Positions 1 to 14,992 of a DNA stretch of 64,000 nt are shown here, one piece after another; position 1 is the first letter of the stretch; each line of letters starts with the position of its first letter. Source of the stretch: Eledone cirrhosa (taxonomy: Eukaryota); NCBI GenBank assembly GCA_964016885.1, contig OZ024742.1:131006001-131070000 (forward strand), in the 5' to 3' direction. The notes beneath the pieces were generated by a model. It saw only the letters and a list, made by a program, of their open reading frames with translations. It was not told the origin of the DNA and made no database searches. Both the position numbers and the translations under genes were made by a program.

Positions 1-119
1 GGTGTTTTTGTTGAAGACCAGAAGTCGCCCATGCATATCAGTGTCCCCTTTCCACGCCACAGATGTTGTCCAAGGAAAACGCAACTCATATATATACCAT
101 ACACATCATGTATAGTATA

Positions 120-214
<95 letters not shown>

Positions 215-224
215 TATACATGAT

Positions 225-415
225 GTTTTTCAAGGGAAAGGCAAAGACCGAGACAGCTTGGCACTAGTGGCGTCTGAATTCATTTTTACAGCTGAGTGAA
301 CTTCAACAACATGAAGTAAAGTGTCTTGCTGAAGGACACTACACATCACCCGGTCTAGGAATCGCTCTCTCAACCTCACGATTGTGAATCCAACTATAAT
401 CACTAAGCTACACCC
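225..415 (-). mobile_element. tRNA-derived CORE-type SINE (octopus OR-like), diverged
   Basis: Reverse strand reads ggtgtagcttagtg...gattcctagacc (A/B-box-like), then gtgtccttcagcaagacactttacttca (CORE-like). Confidence 0.6.
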
Positions 416-1006
416 AGTACAACAACATTATATCTGCACATTTAAGACATTCGCTTCGCAATCAAGAGGTCTCGGGTCGCTCTTAACAAGAGATAACTTG
501 GGAGAATGTCTTTTAAACATAATTCAAACTGACGGTGATTTATGTATATATTCGATTTAGACCGACATAGAGAGCTTTAGTTTTATAGTTCTGAACCGAT
601 ACCCCCCCCCCCCCCACACACACATATATATATATATATATAAGTGTATGTCTGTGTGTGTTCATTTATATATCATATAAATAAATATAGATGAATATAT
701 ATATTTATATATATTTATAAGTATTTACATTTGTATCACACACACATATATAAGTGTGCGTGTGTGTTCATTTATAATATATATATAGAAATATATTTAA
801 ATATGTATACTTATATATATTTATATGTATTTACATTTGTATCACACAAACACACACACACACACACACACATATAAGTGTGCGTGTGCGTTCATTTATA
901 TAATATATATATAAATATATTTAAATATATATACTTATATATGTTTATATGTGTTGTTTACATTTGTATCACACACACGGGCGCACACATACACACACAC
1001 ATACAC

Positions 1007-1045
<39 letters not shown>

Positions 1046-1522
1046 CCATGTGTGTGTGCCGGCAAATAGTAATTAAAATTTTGACTCGTATTCAAATCAG
1101 GCGCATACAAACTTCTAACAGACTCAGACATAAACATATTACATACACACAGAAGACAACTTACAACACGTCCTCAAGTGTGCACCCATGCACACACAGC
1201 CATGTTTAAATGCTTCAGTTGCATCCTAAAAGATCGAGAAGTTTAGTGATCCCCCTTTCCCAACCAGGAAAAGACAACTGGCAAACGATACTGTCGACTG
1301 TCAATATTCATGGAGACATACTAAACATTTTCCAGCAATTTATATATTGTATTGGAATAATAGGAATCTATTTGTATATGTATACACAAGTAAAAAAATA
1401 TAGAGAAATGCACGCATACATATATAGATAGAAATTCTCACTTATATGTAAGCTTATCTCTCTTTCTCTTTCTATTACCGTCTCTGTGTGCGTGTGTGAG
1501 TCTCTCTCTCTCTCTCTCTCTC

Positions 1523-1614
<92 letters not shown>

Positions 1615-1856
1615 CATATATATATATATATATATGTGTGTGTGTATGAATATGTAGACACACACACACATACACACGTACACACACATATATATATACG
1701 TATATGTGTGTATAAATTTACACACACACACGCCCGCACACATACGCAAACACACACACACATATATATATATATATACTGATATGTATGTATGTGTATA
1801 TATATATATGTATGTATATATATATATATGTATATATATGTATGTGTATATATATG

Positions 1857-2006
<150 letters not shown>

Positions 2007-2605
2007 CATACATATCAGTATAGATATATAAATAAACATTCTGAAAAAAGTTAAAAACATATATTACAAGAATTAAATAAACAACAAGAAACAACGCTAA
2101 ATGGATGATATAGGATGGAATGGATTGTGGTATTTTATTTTAGCTCCTATCCATCACCTTAACTTGCTATTCGTCCGTATTATGCACCATGGTAACGCAT
2201 TCCTTGACGCATCAATTCTACAAACTGCTGTATTCTTTGTACACAAAAATGGGATAGACAATAATAAATTACACAGTATATTAAACAAAACGATGTTTAG
2301 GTGCCATTTCTAATAAACACTGCGTAGAGTTAAACTTAGACAGATCGCGTCACTGGTTTGAAAGGAAGAGTTGCTTCCTATGAGATGCGATGTGCGTGTA
2401 TTTGTATATATGTGTTCATGTGTTTATGTGTGTGTGTGTTTCTGAGTATGCATGTGTATGTGTATGTGTGCGTTTATATGTGTATAATTATATGCATTCG
2501 TTGATTTATAGTTGTTAATGTGTTTGCATTACATTAGCATGGTTGAGTATTATATTAAGCAGAGTATGCGCATGTGCGTGAACACAGGAACACACATCTA
2601 TCTGA

Positions 2606-2697
<92 letters not shown>

Positions 2698-2807
2698 TTA
2701 AAGATAAATATATATATAGATACATGCATAGATATATGAATATATATATGCTTATTTATATATAAATAAATATATGTATATATATATATATACACAAACA
2801 CACAGCC

Positions 2808-2922
<115 letters not shown>

Positions 2923-3051
2923 CACTCACACACACACATATATATATATATATGTATATATATATAATGCAAAAAGTAAACGAAATCAATAGAGCAACAA
3001 CACAATACAATGAAGAAATATACTGGTTTGACGTTTGATATAGTAGGAAAA

Positions 3052-3090
3052 GATTCCTTATCTTTCGGACATTAGTCCTTCATCAGAAGA
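3052..3090 (-). ncRNA. Minimal type I hammerhead ribozyme motif
   Basis: Reverse strand: tctt-CTGATGA-a ggac taat gtcc-GAAA-GA-TA|agga. Perfect stem II and a 4-bp stem I with one wobble. Confidence 0.6.
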
Positions 3091-3238
3091 TAGAATGAGA
3101 AATGAAAGACGAAATTCAAAGATATAGAGTGAGAAGAGAAAGGAACGGACATTTTTTTGGGGAAAATGCACGTGTGTATTCAGTCAGCCATATTGAAGAA
3201 ATACCCATATTTATGTATATGTATATATATATACAAGT

Positions 3239-3357
<119 letters not shown>

Positions 3358-3417
3358 CACACATACATATATATGTAGTTCAAGAAAGGACAAGACAAAC
3401 ACAAAGATGCAAAAACT

Positions 3418-3491
<74 letters not shown>

Positions 3492-3527
3492 TCACTTTTG
3501 TGGTAATCACTTAAGATATTATATATA

Positions 3528-3563
<36 letters not shown>

Positions 3564-3633
3564 TTTCTGAATTTGTTTAGCAAGATTCTTTATCTGAAAT
3601 CGTGTATAACAATATATAACAATATATAAGTAT

Positions 3634-3740
<107 letters not shown>

Positions 3741-4486
3741 TGTTTGCATATGTATATGTGTATGTATATGGATGTGCGTTAAGTAATGTATATATAAGCA
3801 TACACACAGACACAAACACACATAATTATATATATCTATATAGAAAGTTAAATAATTCAGAAACGGCAAACGTCTGGAGCCCGAAGAAGCATAAAGCTGA
3901 CCAAAAAGAAACGATGCTAATTACGTGCATTAACGAAATAGTATATCCCAATCATTTCTTCTCATTTTGCAACCTCCATATTTCAATGTTATATTTCAAG
4001 TTTATTGACACCAGGAAGAGACAGAATGCCTCTAATATTTAACCCATTTGTTACAAACACGCATAAAACCGCCTCTTGTAATATGAAAATATGAAGCCCA
4101 TCACCTATTTCGAAGTATTCGGATTTAAATTCTTCTTCTTCACCTACTTATTTCTGGTCCATCTCTAGTCCCAGTGTCTGAAAACTAATCAGACTCCGTA
4201 CTTAGAGTATTAAGACATAAACAAAACTAACAGGTCTAGAATTAAATGAATTATATTTAAGTCATACAATATATGGCAGACTTGCAGACGAAACCCCCCA
4301 CAGCTAACGTATCACATATAGAGAGAATTTGGCTGGTTTTAACAACCACAAGATGGTGGAAAAGACATCAAGACAAAAGAACTTGATAATAGTCATGTGA
4401 TAGGAAAGGAGATATGTCGTGGTAAAATAGGCAACTTAAAAGAAAATGAAGGGATGGACGTGCGTCACGGGTGATATTGTAATATT

Positions 4487-4704
4487 GGTTTCTTATATAG
4501 GCACAAGGACAGCAATTTTGGGGGAGAGGATAGTTGATTAAATCGACTCCAGTGCGTGACTGGTACTTTATTTTATCGACCCCGTAAGGATGAAAGGCAA
4601 AGTTAACCTCGGCGTGACTTGAACTCAGATCATAAAGGGCCGTAACTCTATTCTGCAAAGCATGGCGTCCGACCCTCTACCGATACTGGCAATCCACCGC
4701 CCTC
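4487..4704 (-). mobile_element. Full-length Meta-domain tRNA-SINE with 17-bp TSD
   Basis: Reverse strand has gagttcaagtc and GCCTTTCATCCTTACGGGGTCGATAAAATAAAGTACCAG. Flanked by GGTGATATTGTAATATT at 4470-4486 and 4705-4721. Confidence 0.85.
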
Positions 4705-4911
4705 GGTGATATTGTAATATTAGCAACAAGTACAAACCTCCGTGGTCATCGAAATTAACGTACATAGTTTCAATCCCTACCGACAGTAGTGCTGGTCTAT
4801 CAAGTAAGCTTTGTTTTGTTTCGTATTCGTGTTAATACACCAAGGACAGCACCTGACTATTTTTTCAGACACTGTGAGCCCGGATAGGCCACTATTACCA
4901 TCAACAGGGGT

Positions 4912-4943
<32 letters not shown>

Positions 4944-4953
4944 TACAATTTTG

Positions 4954-5142
<189 letters not shown>

Positions 5143-5153
5143 TATATTCTGTC

Positions 5154-5189
<36 letters not shown>

Positions 5190-5195
<6 letters not shown>

Positions 5196-6600
5196 GACAG
5201 AATAACTTCGATATAACTATGGGATCAAACGACTCAGCCCAAATCACAGACTTGGTTGGAATTTATATAGCATATTTCTTACATAGAGAATTTGATAACC
5301 TACAAGGCGGAATCTATAGAGACGATACACTACTTTTAGCTAGAAACTTAAATAGTCAGAACCTAGAAAGATTAAGGAAAAAGATTAGAAAATTCTTTAA
5401 TGATTTAAGCCTTAGTATTACTTTTGAACCCAACTCTAAAAGAGTCAACTTCTTGAACGTATCGTTTAACCTTAACTTAGGACTAATAGAACCCTTCCAT
5501 AAGAATAATGAAAATTTAGCTTACATTGACTATAACTCTAACCATCCTAGATCCATAATTAATTCCATAGCGCATAGTATATCCCTTAGAATCTCGCGTC
5601 TATCTTCTAACCAGGAAATTTTAACGAACACGCTAACTACTACAACTTAGCTTTACTTAAGGCAGGCCATAAAGAGCGACTCAAATACATACCAGATACA
5701 AAACAATAGCAACACACTTAATGTTAATAATACTTTCCACAACCATAGAAACAACAAACCTAGGACTAAACGCAAAATTGGCAGCATACACGTAATTTAA
5801 ATGAACAGAATGCTAATACAAAAACCACTAGTAGCCATAGAAGATGTAGAAATAGAAACTACTTATGGTTTACTCCAATGTTTAACCCCTCTATTAAAAC
5901 TAAGCTTCCTTTCACTTTCTTTAAATTAGTTGACAAACACTTCCCTAAAATTCATAAATATCATAAAATCGTTAATAGAAAAACTATCAAACTATCATAC
6001 TCCACTGCCAACAATATAGAATCGCACATTTACAAAATTAACTACAGAAGAATTTATAATTCAAGTAGCCCGCAAATAAGTACCATATCACCAAATACAG
6101 AACATAAGCATACCGAACACACACCCGAGCACACCACCACAATGCATCAACAAACCTAATTCGCAGCCTATACATAACAATCTACAAAATCATATAGTAG
6201 AACCGGCGCATAGGAAAGCATCTTTATGTAACTGCCACTTACCTGACAAATACCCCTTACAAAACAGATGCCTAGAGAAAAATATAGTATACCTATGTAC
6301 TATAAATTCAGGTAGCTTGGCATGGTATTACATTGGTTGGTGAATTTAAGAAAAGGTGGTACGTACACAGACATTCTATGATTAACAAAAACCTCTCAAG
6401 TACAACAACTCTCGCCAACAAAATCTGGCAACTCAAGAATGCAAACATAGAATACAAGATCAGTTGGGCAATATTGTCAGATGCAAAGGCCTATCAAATT
6501 GGTATGTCCCACTGCAGGCTCTGTAATATGGAACTTTTCCAAATTCTTAATTTCAGCAAAACCTTTCTACTATTGTTTGTCGGCACAAATCAGCAACGAA
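5190..6600 (+). mobile_element. 5'-truncated, frameshifted Penelope-like element (RT C-terminus and GIY-YIG; Hydra-group-like)
   Basis: MGSNDSAQITDLVG...GIYRDD, VNFLNVSFNL, YIDYNSNHP (RT/thumb); WFTPMFNPSIKT; NIVYLC; FKKRWYVHRHS; C-terminal CRLCNME. Starts at a (TA)n run. Confidence 0.88.
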
Positions 6601-6670
6601 ATTCGAGAACTTTAGGCCAACTTAATTCCATTTTCTATTCCTTATCCCTTTTATACCATTAGAATCTACT

Positions 6671-6738
<68 letters not shown>

Positions 6739-6740
<2 letters not shown>

Positions 6741-7198
6741 TGGTAGCTAAGATGCTTCCATAGGCGGTATGCCGGTTGAGAACTTTATGCTCTTACAGAG
6801 CAGAGTATGATAGAATAGAAAACGAAAAATCAGTGATGCATCTGAACTCAATTGACTGTGTGTTACAATTGTTTCGCCGGCGGACAGCTCGAGACGCGAT
6901 CATTGTGTGGATCTGTCTGATTCTGGAACCGCAGGTTCGACGGACACGTCTAATGATTTCAGAGCATATTCTCTCCGAAATCATTAGACGTGTCTGTCGA
7001 ACCTGCGGGTCCAGAATCAGATGGATCCACACAATGATCGCGTCTCGAGCTGTCCGCCGGCGAAACAATTGTAACACACAGTCAATTGAGTTCAGATGCA
7101 TCACTGATTTTTCGTTTTCTATTCTATCATACTCTGCTCTGTAAGAGCATAGAGTTCTCAACCGGCATACCGCCTATGGAAGCATCTTAGCTACCATC
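6739..7198. repeat. Near-perfect 460-bp palindrome (222-bp arms, 16-nt loop) between (GT)n and (CA)n
   Basis: gatggtagctaagatg... mirrored by ...catcttagctaccatc. The mirrored ORFs 6776+ and 7161- are almost identical. Confidence 0.97.
6990..7077 (+). ncRNA. Type I hammerhead-like motif with long stem II (mirror copy about 6860-6947, minus)
   Basis: gtgt-CTGTCGA-a cc tgcggg...tccgc cgg c-GAAAC-AATT-GTA|acac. Stem I gtgt/acac, palindromic stem III ACAATTGT, core A6 substituted. Confidence 0.55.
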
Positions 7199-7199
7199 A

Positions 7200-7262
<63 letters not shown>

Positions 7263-7302
7263 CCCCCCCCCCCACACACAGAGACACACACACACACACA
7301 GA

Positions 7303-7465
<163 letters not shown>

Positions 7466-7533
7466 GGTTTATCCTGGGTTCAATCGGGGGTAACCACAGT
7501 TAGTAAGGTACTCAATACATAGCAGAGTATAAA

Positions 7534-7625
7534 TATTTAATATAGAAATGGCTTCTACATGACTAGAACTGTTTCATTCGGAAGAAACAGTTCTAGTCCT
7601 GTAGAAGTCATTTCAGTATTAAATA
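7534..7625. repeat. Fold-back of a PLE terminal repeat, folded inside a hammerhead stem II
   Basis: gactagaactgtttc-attcggaa-gaaacagttctagtc. The right arm retains GAAAC...GTC. Related fragments lie at 7461-7530 and 8195-8268. Confidence 0.8.
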
Positions 7626-7640
7626 CACCCCCCACACACC

Positions 7641-8196
<556 letters not shown>

Positions 8197-8558
8197 CTAG
8201 AACTGTTTCATTCGAAGGAAATATCAATATGTATTGAGTACCTTACTTACAGTGGTTACCCCCGATATCCAAAATTAAGATAAATCAAATGAATTTAATC
8301 TAAATCAAAATTATGGGTGTCATGCCAGGAAGACATGCGCCATATCACCCGCAAAATAAGCTCTAAGATTCTAACGAGTAGGTCCGAGCATTTTATAATA
8401 ACTAGAGATTGATTAACATATAAATAAACATGAATAATCACAGGAGATAATTTTTACAAGTGTGTAACGACACATAGCTAGGTAGGTAACTAAATAAAGT
8501 TGACTAGAACTTCAAAAATAGATACCTTATAACATGATTAATCATATTATAACGTATC

Positions 8559-8659
<101 letters not shown>

Positions 8660-8827
8660 ATTTATAGTTATGTATATAGTATAAACAACTATAAACAGGA
8701 AGGTCAGTAATTTCTTAATTACCTTATTTCCAGTAAGAGAAATAGCTCAAAGTATGAACATCAGTTGTTTTACAGAGCAGTTAAATAAATAAATTATACA
8801 ATTATCAAAGTTGTGTTCAAATCATTT

Positions 8828-8879
8828 AATAGCTGACAATCGTTTCTTCCAAACTCTCGTTTGGAATCATCGGAGCATT
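8828..8879 (-). ncRNA. Type I hammerhead motif (U4>C)
   Basis: Reverse strand: gct-CCGATGA-ttccaaac gaga gtttggaa-GAAAC-gatt-GTC|agc, with an 8-bp stem II. Confidence 0.7.
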
Positions 8880-10269
8880 ATCAATGTTTGCACATATAAT
8901 TAACCTCCTATTCTACTGAACAATAATATAGATACATATAAATTGATGTTGTGAGCAACAGTTTCGTCTTTACAGAGTGGAATGGATGTGACATATATTT
9001 TACGAGAATTGTATTCAAGTTGAAATTCAAATCAAATTTAAAATTAAAATCAAAAGCACAGAGTGGAATACATGCAACAGTTAAAACAAGGGAATAGTCC
9101 AAATATTAAAGAGGCATTGAGGAACCAGTTTTGAGAAAGGAAGAGTGCGATAACAAAACATATGCAGGCGTGTGGATAGTGTGACTGCGTAAGTCATATA
9201 CATGAGAAGGAGACAAGCAAAGCTATTATGCATATATAGATGAATAAATACTGCAGTTGAAGCAAATATGTTAATGTATTAGAGTCTATGGTGGGTGTTG
9301 AATGTTGATGGTGTTCGAATTAATGTGTGTTGAGAAACATAGTTTTTGCAGACTTTTCCATGACATATGTTGAATTAAATTTTAGTTAATGTTTATATTG
9401 AGTGTTTTAAGTTAGTTAGAGCAATGGATTGTAAGTTAGTCTTAATGAATTCATATTCATAGACTATATTTGATCAACCGTTAAATTTTTAATCGTTAAT
9501 TTCCGGAAGTGAATAAGGGGAGCTAATGCGTAAGGGGAGGTAACTAGCTAATTAAGTTCAATTCAGTTATTAAAATTCTTTGTTCTAATACACAATATAA
9601 TGTGATACCATTGGATCTCTGTTACATAACCCTGTATATTTATGCCTGATTTTAAATACAGTGTATTCTACTATCATACATTAAAGGTTTCTTTAGATTG
9701 TTATCTATTCATTACTGGACAAGGTGTATGTTATGAAGGATTATACAGCTGTTAATATGTCATAATAGATATGCTATATGTGTAATAATATAATTCCTAA
9801 TATAGAATGCTATTACATTTTATATTTAATTATAAGCATATATATACTTTATTATTATTATGTTGTGTAATTTAAGCATTTAATTATACAATTACAAATG
9901 CACATATCGTTTATCATCACATATTACATTAAATGTCTCTACATACCAAGTGCCAAATATCCATTATTGTATAAGATATAATTAATCTATTGTAGTTATA
10001 TCACAAGGTGGTAACTCTATGTCTAATTCTAACTGTTATTGTAGAGCATAAGTTTATAGATGAATAGGAGTTGTGTAGTGGAAAGAGTTGGTTGAGGGGT
10101 TTGTGGTTGTGGGTGCTGCTAACTCCTAGATGTGTAGTGTTAATGGTGGTGGGGAATTCAAATCTGACATTGTTGTATACTAACAGCTAGGTTTAAAGTT
10201 ATGGAACGAGTGTCGGTACCGGTGTTAGCACGAGGAATATGTCTCTGACTTTCTTTTAAGGAGGTCTAG

Positions 10270-11109
10270 TAGGAGAAAGTATGACCCCGACGGCAGAGCT
10301 CAAGCCGTTTCGACGGCTATTTCTGGACTAAAGTAAGAGTTTTTTTAGTCTGGTAAATAAATAGACGTATTTTTCAGGGGTACTTCCTTATATGGGAAGA
10401 TTGTAGTTGTCAAGAGGATTGGTCAACATTTGTAGCAGACACAGAAAACTCTATCATGGCAGTGGGTGCGGGGTGGGGGGTGGCTGAACTTGCCTGTAGA
10501 ACGATAGGGGAGTGGGTAGAGCCGGTCAAGCATTGAAGGTGAAATCTACACGGCAAATTCTAAAGAATGTGTTTGAAATTAGGCCAGGGGAGGTAGGCGA
10601 AAAAAGGTTTCTTTAGAAAATGGAGGAGGGACGTTATAGAATTCTTAAATCAAATTTACTGATTCTATAACGTCCCTCCTTCATTTTCTAAAGAAAATTT
10701 TTTTCGCCTACCTCCCCTGGCCTACTTTCAAACACATTACTTAGAATTTGCCGTGTAGATTTCAACTTCAAAGCTTGACCGGCTCTACCCACTCCCCTAT
10801 CGTTCTACAGGCAAGTTCAGCCACCCCCATCCGCACCCACTGCCATGATAGACTTTTCTGTGTCTGCTACAAATCTTGACCAATCTTCTTGACAACTACA
10901 ATCTTCCCATATAAGGAAGTACCCCTGAAAAGTTCAGCAATTTATTTACCAGACTAAAATAACTCTTACCTTAGTCCAGAAATAGCCGTCGAAACGGCTT
11001 GAGCTCTGCAGTCGGGGTCATAATTTCTCCTATTACCCACTCTACTACCCTAAGTATTGAGTACTCTGGTGCGTTATGGTCCATCTGGTTCCTTACCACA
11101 ACTTCTTCG

Positions 11110-11110
<1 letters not shown>
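10270..11110. repeat. Large fold-back module (arms about 373 bp, 10270-10642 and 10662-11032, tail to (TA)n)
   Basis: Arms are reverse-complementary with scattered mismatches. The terminal part is shared with 25815-25877, 60165-60340 and 63944-64000. Confidence 0.95.
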
Positions 11111-11174
<64 letters not shown>

Positions 11175-11333
11175 AATATATATAATATATATGTGTATAT
11201 GTATTCATTAGAAATAAATGTATGCACGAAGCACATAACACATACACACGCGCACCTCATATGTTTGTACACATATATGCATATGTACTATATGCATGTA
11301 TACATAATTATATAGACAAACGCACAAACACAA

Positions 11334-11364
<31 letters not shown>

Positions 11365-12350
11365 CATATATACATGTGTGCCTATATAGGAGGCACATAC
11401 AAACATAGGTACATACACACAAACATGCATGCAACTATACATATATACATACATATATACATGCATACATACATACATATATACATACATGCACGTATAC
11501 TTACATTCATACATACACGTATACATACATACATACATACATACACACATAAATACATGCACCTATACATATATACATACATATATACATGCATACATAC
11601 ATATATACATACATACATAATACATACATACACGTATACTTACACACATACATACATACATACATACATACATACATACATACATACATACATACACGTA
11701 TACATATATACATACATACATGCATACATACATATATACATATATACATATATACATATATACATACATAATATACACGTATATATATATACATATATAT
11801 ATACGCAATATACATACGTAAAAACATGCATGCCAATTTGTACTAGCTTGGTTTACGATCTTTTTTAACAGTCTGTACATCTTTTTGACGCCAGTTAATA
11901 GTAAAACATATAAAGTAGACAGGGAATCAATAGTATCTAACGACCAAGGCCGGGGGTGAGGTAATTCATGATATACATGGGGTCAACTGTCATTTATAGA
12001 CCGGCACCGTTTTCTTTAGTCAGGTAGTGGGTATGTCTATAATAAGTCTTTAGTTTTCTTACATAAAATCCTATATAAAATCATTTATTTTTAATGCTGT
12101 AGGTATAACATACAAAAACATGCCTGCACATGCACACACAAACATACACACACACACACACACACATAGACATTCACACACGTGCACACAGACGCACGCG
12201 CACACACGCACACGCTCACACATACACACGCACACACACGCACGCTCACACACACGCACGCACACACACATACATACACGCACACACACATACACACACA
12301 AGCACACACAACACACACACACAAGCACACACGTACACACACATACACAT

Positions 12351-12404
<54 letters not shown>

Positions 12405-12407
<3 letters not shown>

Positions 12408-12770
12408 GGTTCTGAATTTGTTTAGCAAGATTCTTTATCTGAAATCGTGTGTTGAAACCGATATTGTTATACTTTGGGAGGGTCATGTTGCCAATAAGAA
12501 ACACACGCACCAGTTGCTTTCACTTCAATTTAATTTATTATATATTTATAAATTTACAAATTTATAAATTTCTGGTTTCTGGTTGGTTGGTTGGTTCCAC
12601 AACCAGATAGTTGTTTATATATATATAGTCATAGTTCTTTCGTCACACACCAGAAACCAGAAATTTATAAATTTGTAAATTTATAAATATATAATAAATT
12701 AAATTGAAGTGAAAGCAACTGGTGCGTGTGTTTCTTATTGGCAACATGACCCTCCCAAAGTATAACAATA
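12405..12770. repeat. Fold-back module (arms 12461-12583 and 12649-12770) between (TA)n runs
   Basis: Direct reverse complementarity. The spacer ends in a truncated HHR half (ttctttcgtcacac). Family also at 38522-38725 and 63640-63920. Confidence 0.93.
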
Positions 12771-13035
12771 TATATATATGTAAAAACGTAAATGTAATCT
12801 GAGTTTTTCGAATATTAATAATATTCGATTCGTTTGTAATTATGCAAACAAGCCTCATTTTAAAAGCCATGTCAGTAGAATGAGAACCCTCATTCTTGCT
12901 CTTATGTTGGCCTGTAAACAGAACTGCAGACACTAATGTTTCTGGGTATCACCCTTCATCAGTACTGTTTACTGTTCACCTGCCAACTGTCAGAGCTAGT
13001 GAAAATATATACCATTTTCTGAAATATACAGTGAC

Positions 13036-13796
13036 AGATCGGCCTGATCTGCATATTAGCAGACTGGCTGATCAGTCAGATCTGCATATCAGCAGGTCCA
13101 CTGATCAGCTAGATCTGCATATTAGCAGACTGGCTGATCAGTCAGATCTGCATATTACCAGATCCACTGATCAGCCAGATTTGCATATCAGCAGACTGGC
13201 TGATTAGTCAGATCTGCATATTACCAGATCCACGGATCAGCCAGATTTACTTATCAGCAGACTGGCTGATTAGTCAGATCTGCGTATTACCAGATCCACG
13301 GATCAGCCAGATTTACTTATCAGCAGACTGGCTGATCAGTCAGATCTGCATATTACCAGATCCACTGATCAGCCAGATTTCCATATCAGCAGACTGGCTG
13401 ATTAGTCAGATCTGCATATTACCAGATCCACTGATCAGCCAGATTTACTTATCAGCAGACTGGCTGATCAGTCAGATCTGCATATTACCAGATCCACTGA
13501 TCAGCCAGATTTGCATATCAGCAGACTGGCTGATTAGTCAGATCTGCATATTACCAGATCCACTGATCCGCCAGATTTACATATCAGCAGACTGGCTGAT
13601 CAGTCAGATCTGCATATTACCAGATCCACTGATCAGCCAGATTTACATATCAGCAGACTGGCTGATCAGTCAGATCTGCATATTACCAGATCCACTGATC
13701 AGCCAGATTTACATATCAGCAGACTGGCTGATTAGTCAGATCTGCATATAACCAGATCCACTGATCAGCCAGATTTGCATATCAGCAGACTAGCCA
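13036..13796. repeat. Minisatellite with 66-bp unit made of two diverged 33-bp monomers, about 11.5 units
   Basis: cagatctgcatattaccagatccactgatcagc / cagatttacatatcagcagactggctgatcagt. gtcagatctg recurs at 13141 and 13207. Confidence 0.95.
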
Positions 13797-14992
13797 GTCA
13801 GTTTCCTGTATACCAGCGATTAAATTCAAAAAAAGAAAAAAAAAAATGTTTGACTTTTTTTTTTATTTATATGTAAAAACGTATATTTGTATATATGTAT
13901 ATGACGGTGAATTTGCAGAGTTGTTAGAATGTCGGAGGAGAGAAGGTTTTGTGGTTTTAGATTCGGCTCTCTGAGTTTAGATTCACCGAGGCCAACATTG
14001 CATTTCATCTATTCGTGGTCGATAAGAAACTACCAGTCATATAATGGAGTCGATTCTTCCTCTATAACTTTTTCTCACTTCCATTCTCTCCCTTTCTCTC
14101 CCTCCCTGGAAGAAATGTCTGAAAGTTGAGCCATAGGAACATGTGTACCTAAAATGATAGCACAGTTAGTGTAATAAATATTTACATGTCACAACGTTCC
14201 GCGGATTGAGTGCTCTTCCAAATTTGAATATCCCTTACCAAATTACACTACACTACACTATATCTATATATATATATATATATATATATCGCTCTCTCTA
14301 TATATAGTGTGTGTAATATTATAGATATATAAGCACACACACATATACGTGTAAATCATATATGTATAAATATGTAGAAAACGCATAATTCCATTCTGAT
14401 CTCTTCAAGAAAAATCTCAGCTAATTATGTATCTTTTGCATGTTACAAGAGAAGAAAAAAAAAATGACTCAACGAAATATGTATATTTTTCTATTCTTGT
14501 ATTTTACTTAAATATATTTAAATAAAAAATTACAATAATAGAAAATAAAATTTGCTTGAGAGAATCAGTGCAAACGCCCTCCAGGAACAATTAATTTTAA
14601 AAGTAAATTATCAAATAAACGAGAGGCTGCGTTTAAGTGCAAAAAGAGGAATTTTATATAATTCAATCAAATGCCTTAGAGCTTATGTTAAAAATCTTTA
14701 GATCCTCACACATATCGCCTTGTCGCTCATCCAAGGCACTAAAAAGAAAGGAAAGAAAGCATGTAACCGCAAAGACACCGCACCAAATATTTACGAAGTA
14801 CTTGGTATATTAATAATTGTTTCTACATTTTATACAAGGCCAGCAATTTGAAGGGATGGGTAATTCTATTAAATCGACTCCAGTGCATTACTGGTACTTT
14901 AAGGCGAAGCTAACCTTGGTGTGATTTGGACTTAGAACGTAAAGGGCCGTATTTATATGCCGTTAAGCATGTTGACTTGGTCTATTAATTAT

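Noticed and set aside
6776-7161. Two near-identical 122-aa ORFs on opposite strands
   Set aside because: A by-product of the palindrome, with no recognisable domain.
8960-9300. Possible GIY-YIG remnant (KSAITKHM...VLESMV)
   Set aside because: Too decayed to support by eye.
13036-13796. CRISPR-like periodicity
   Set aside because: There are no unique spacers. It is a plain tandem array in eukaryotic DNA with no cas genes.
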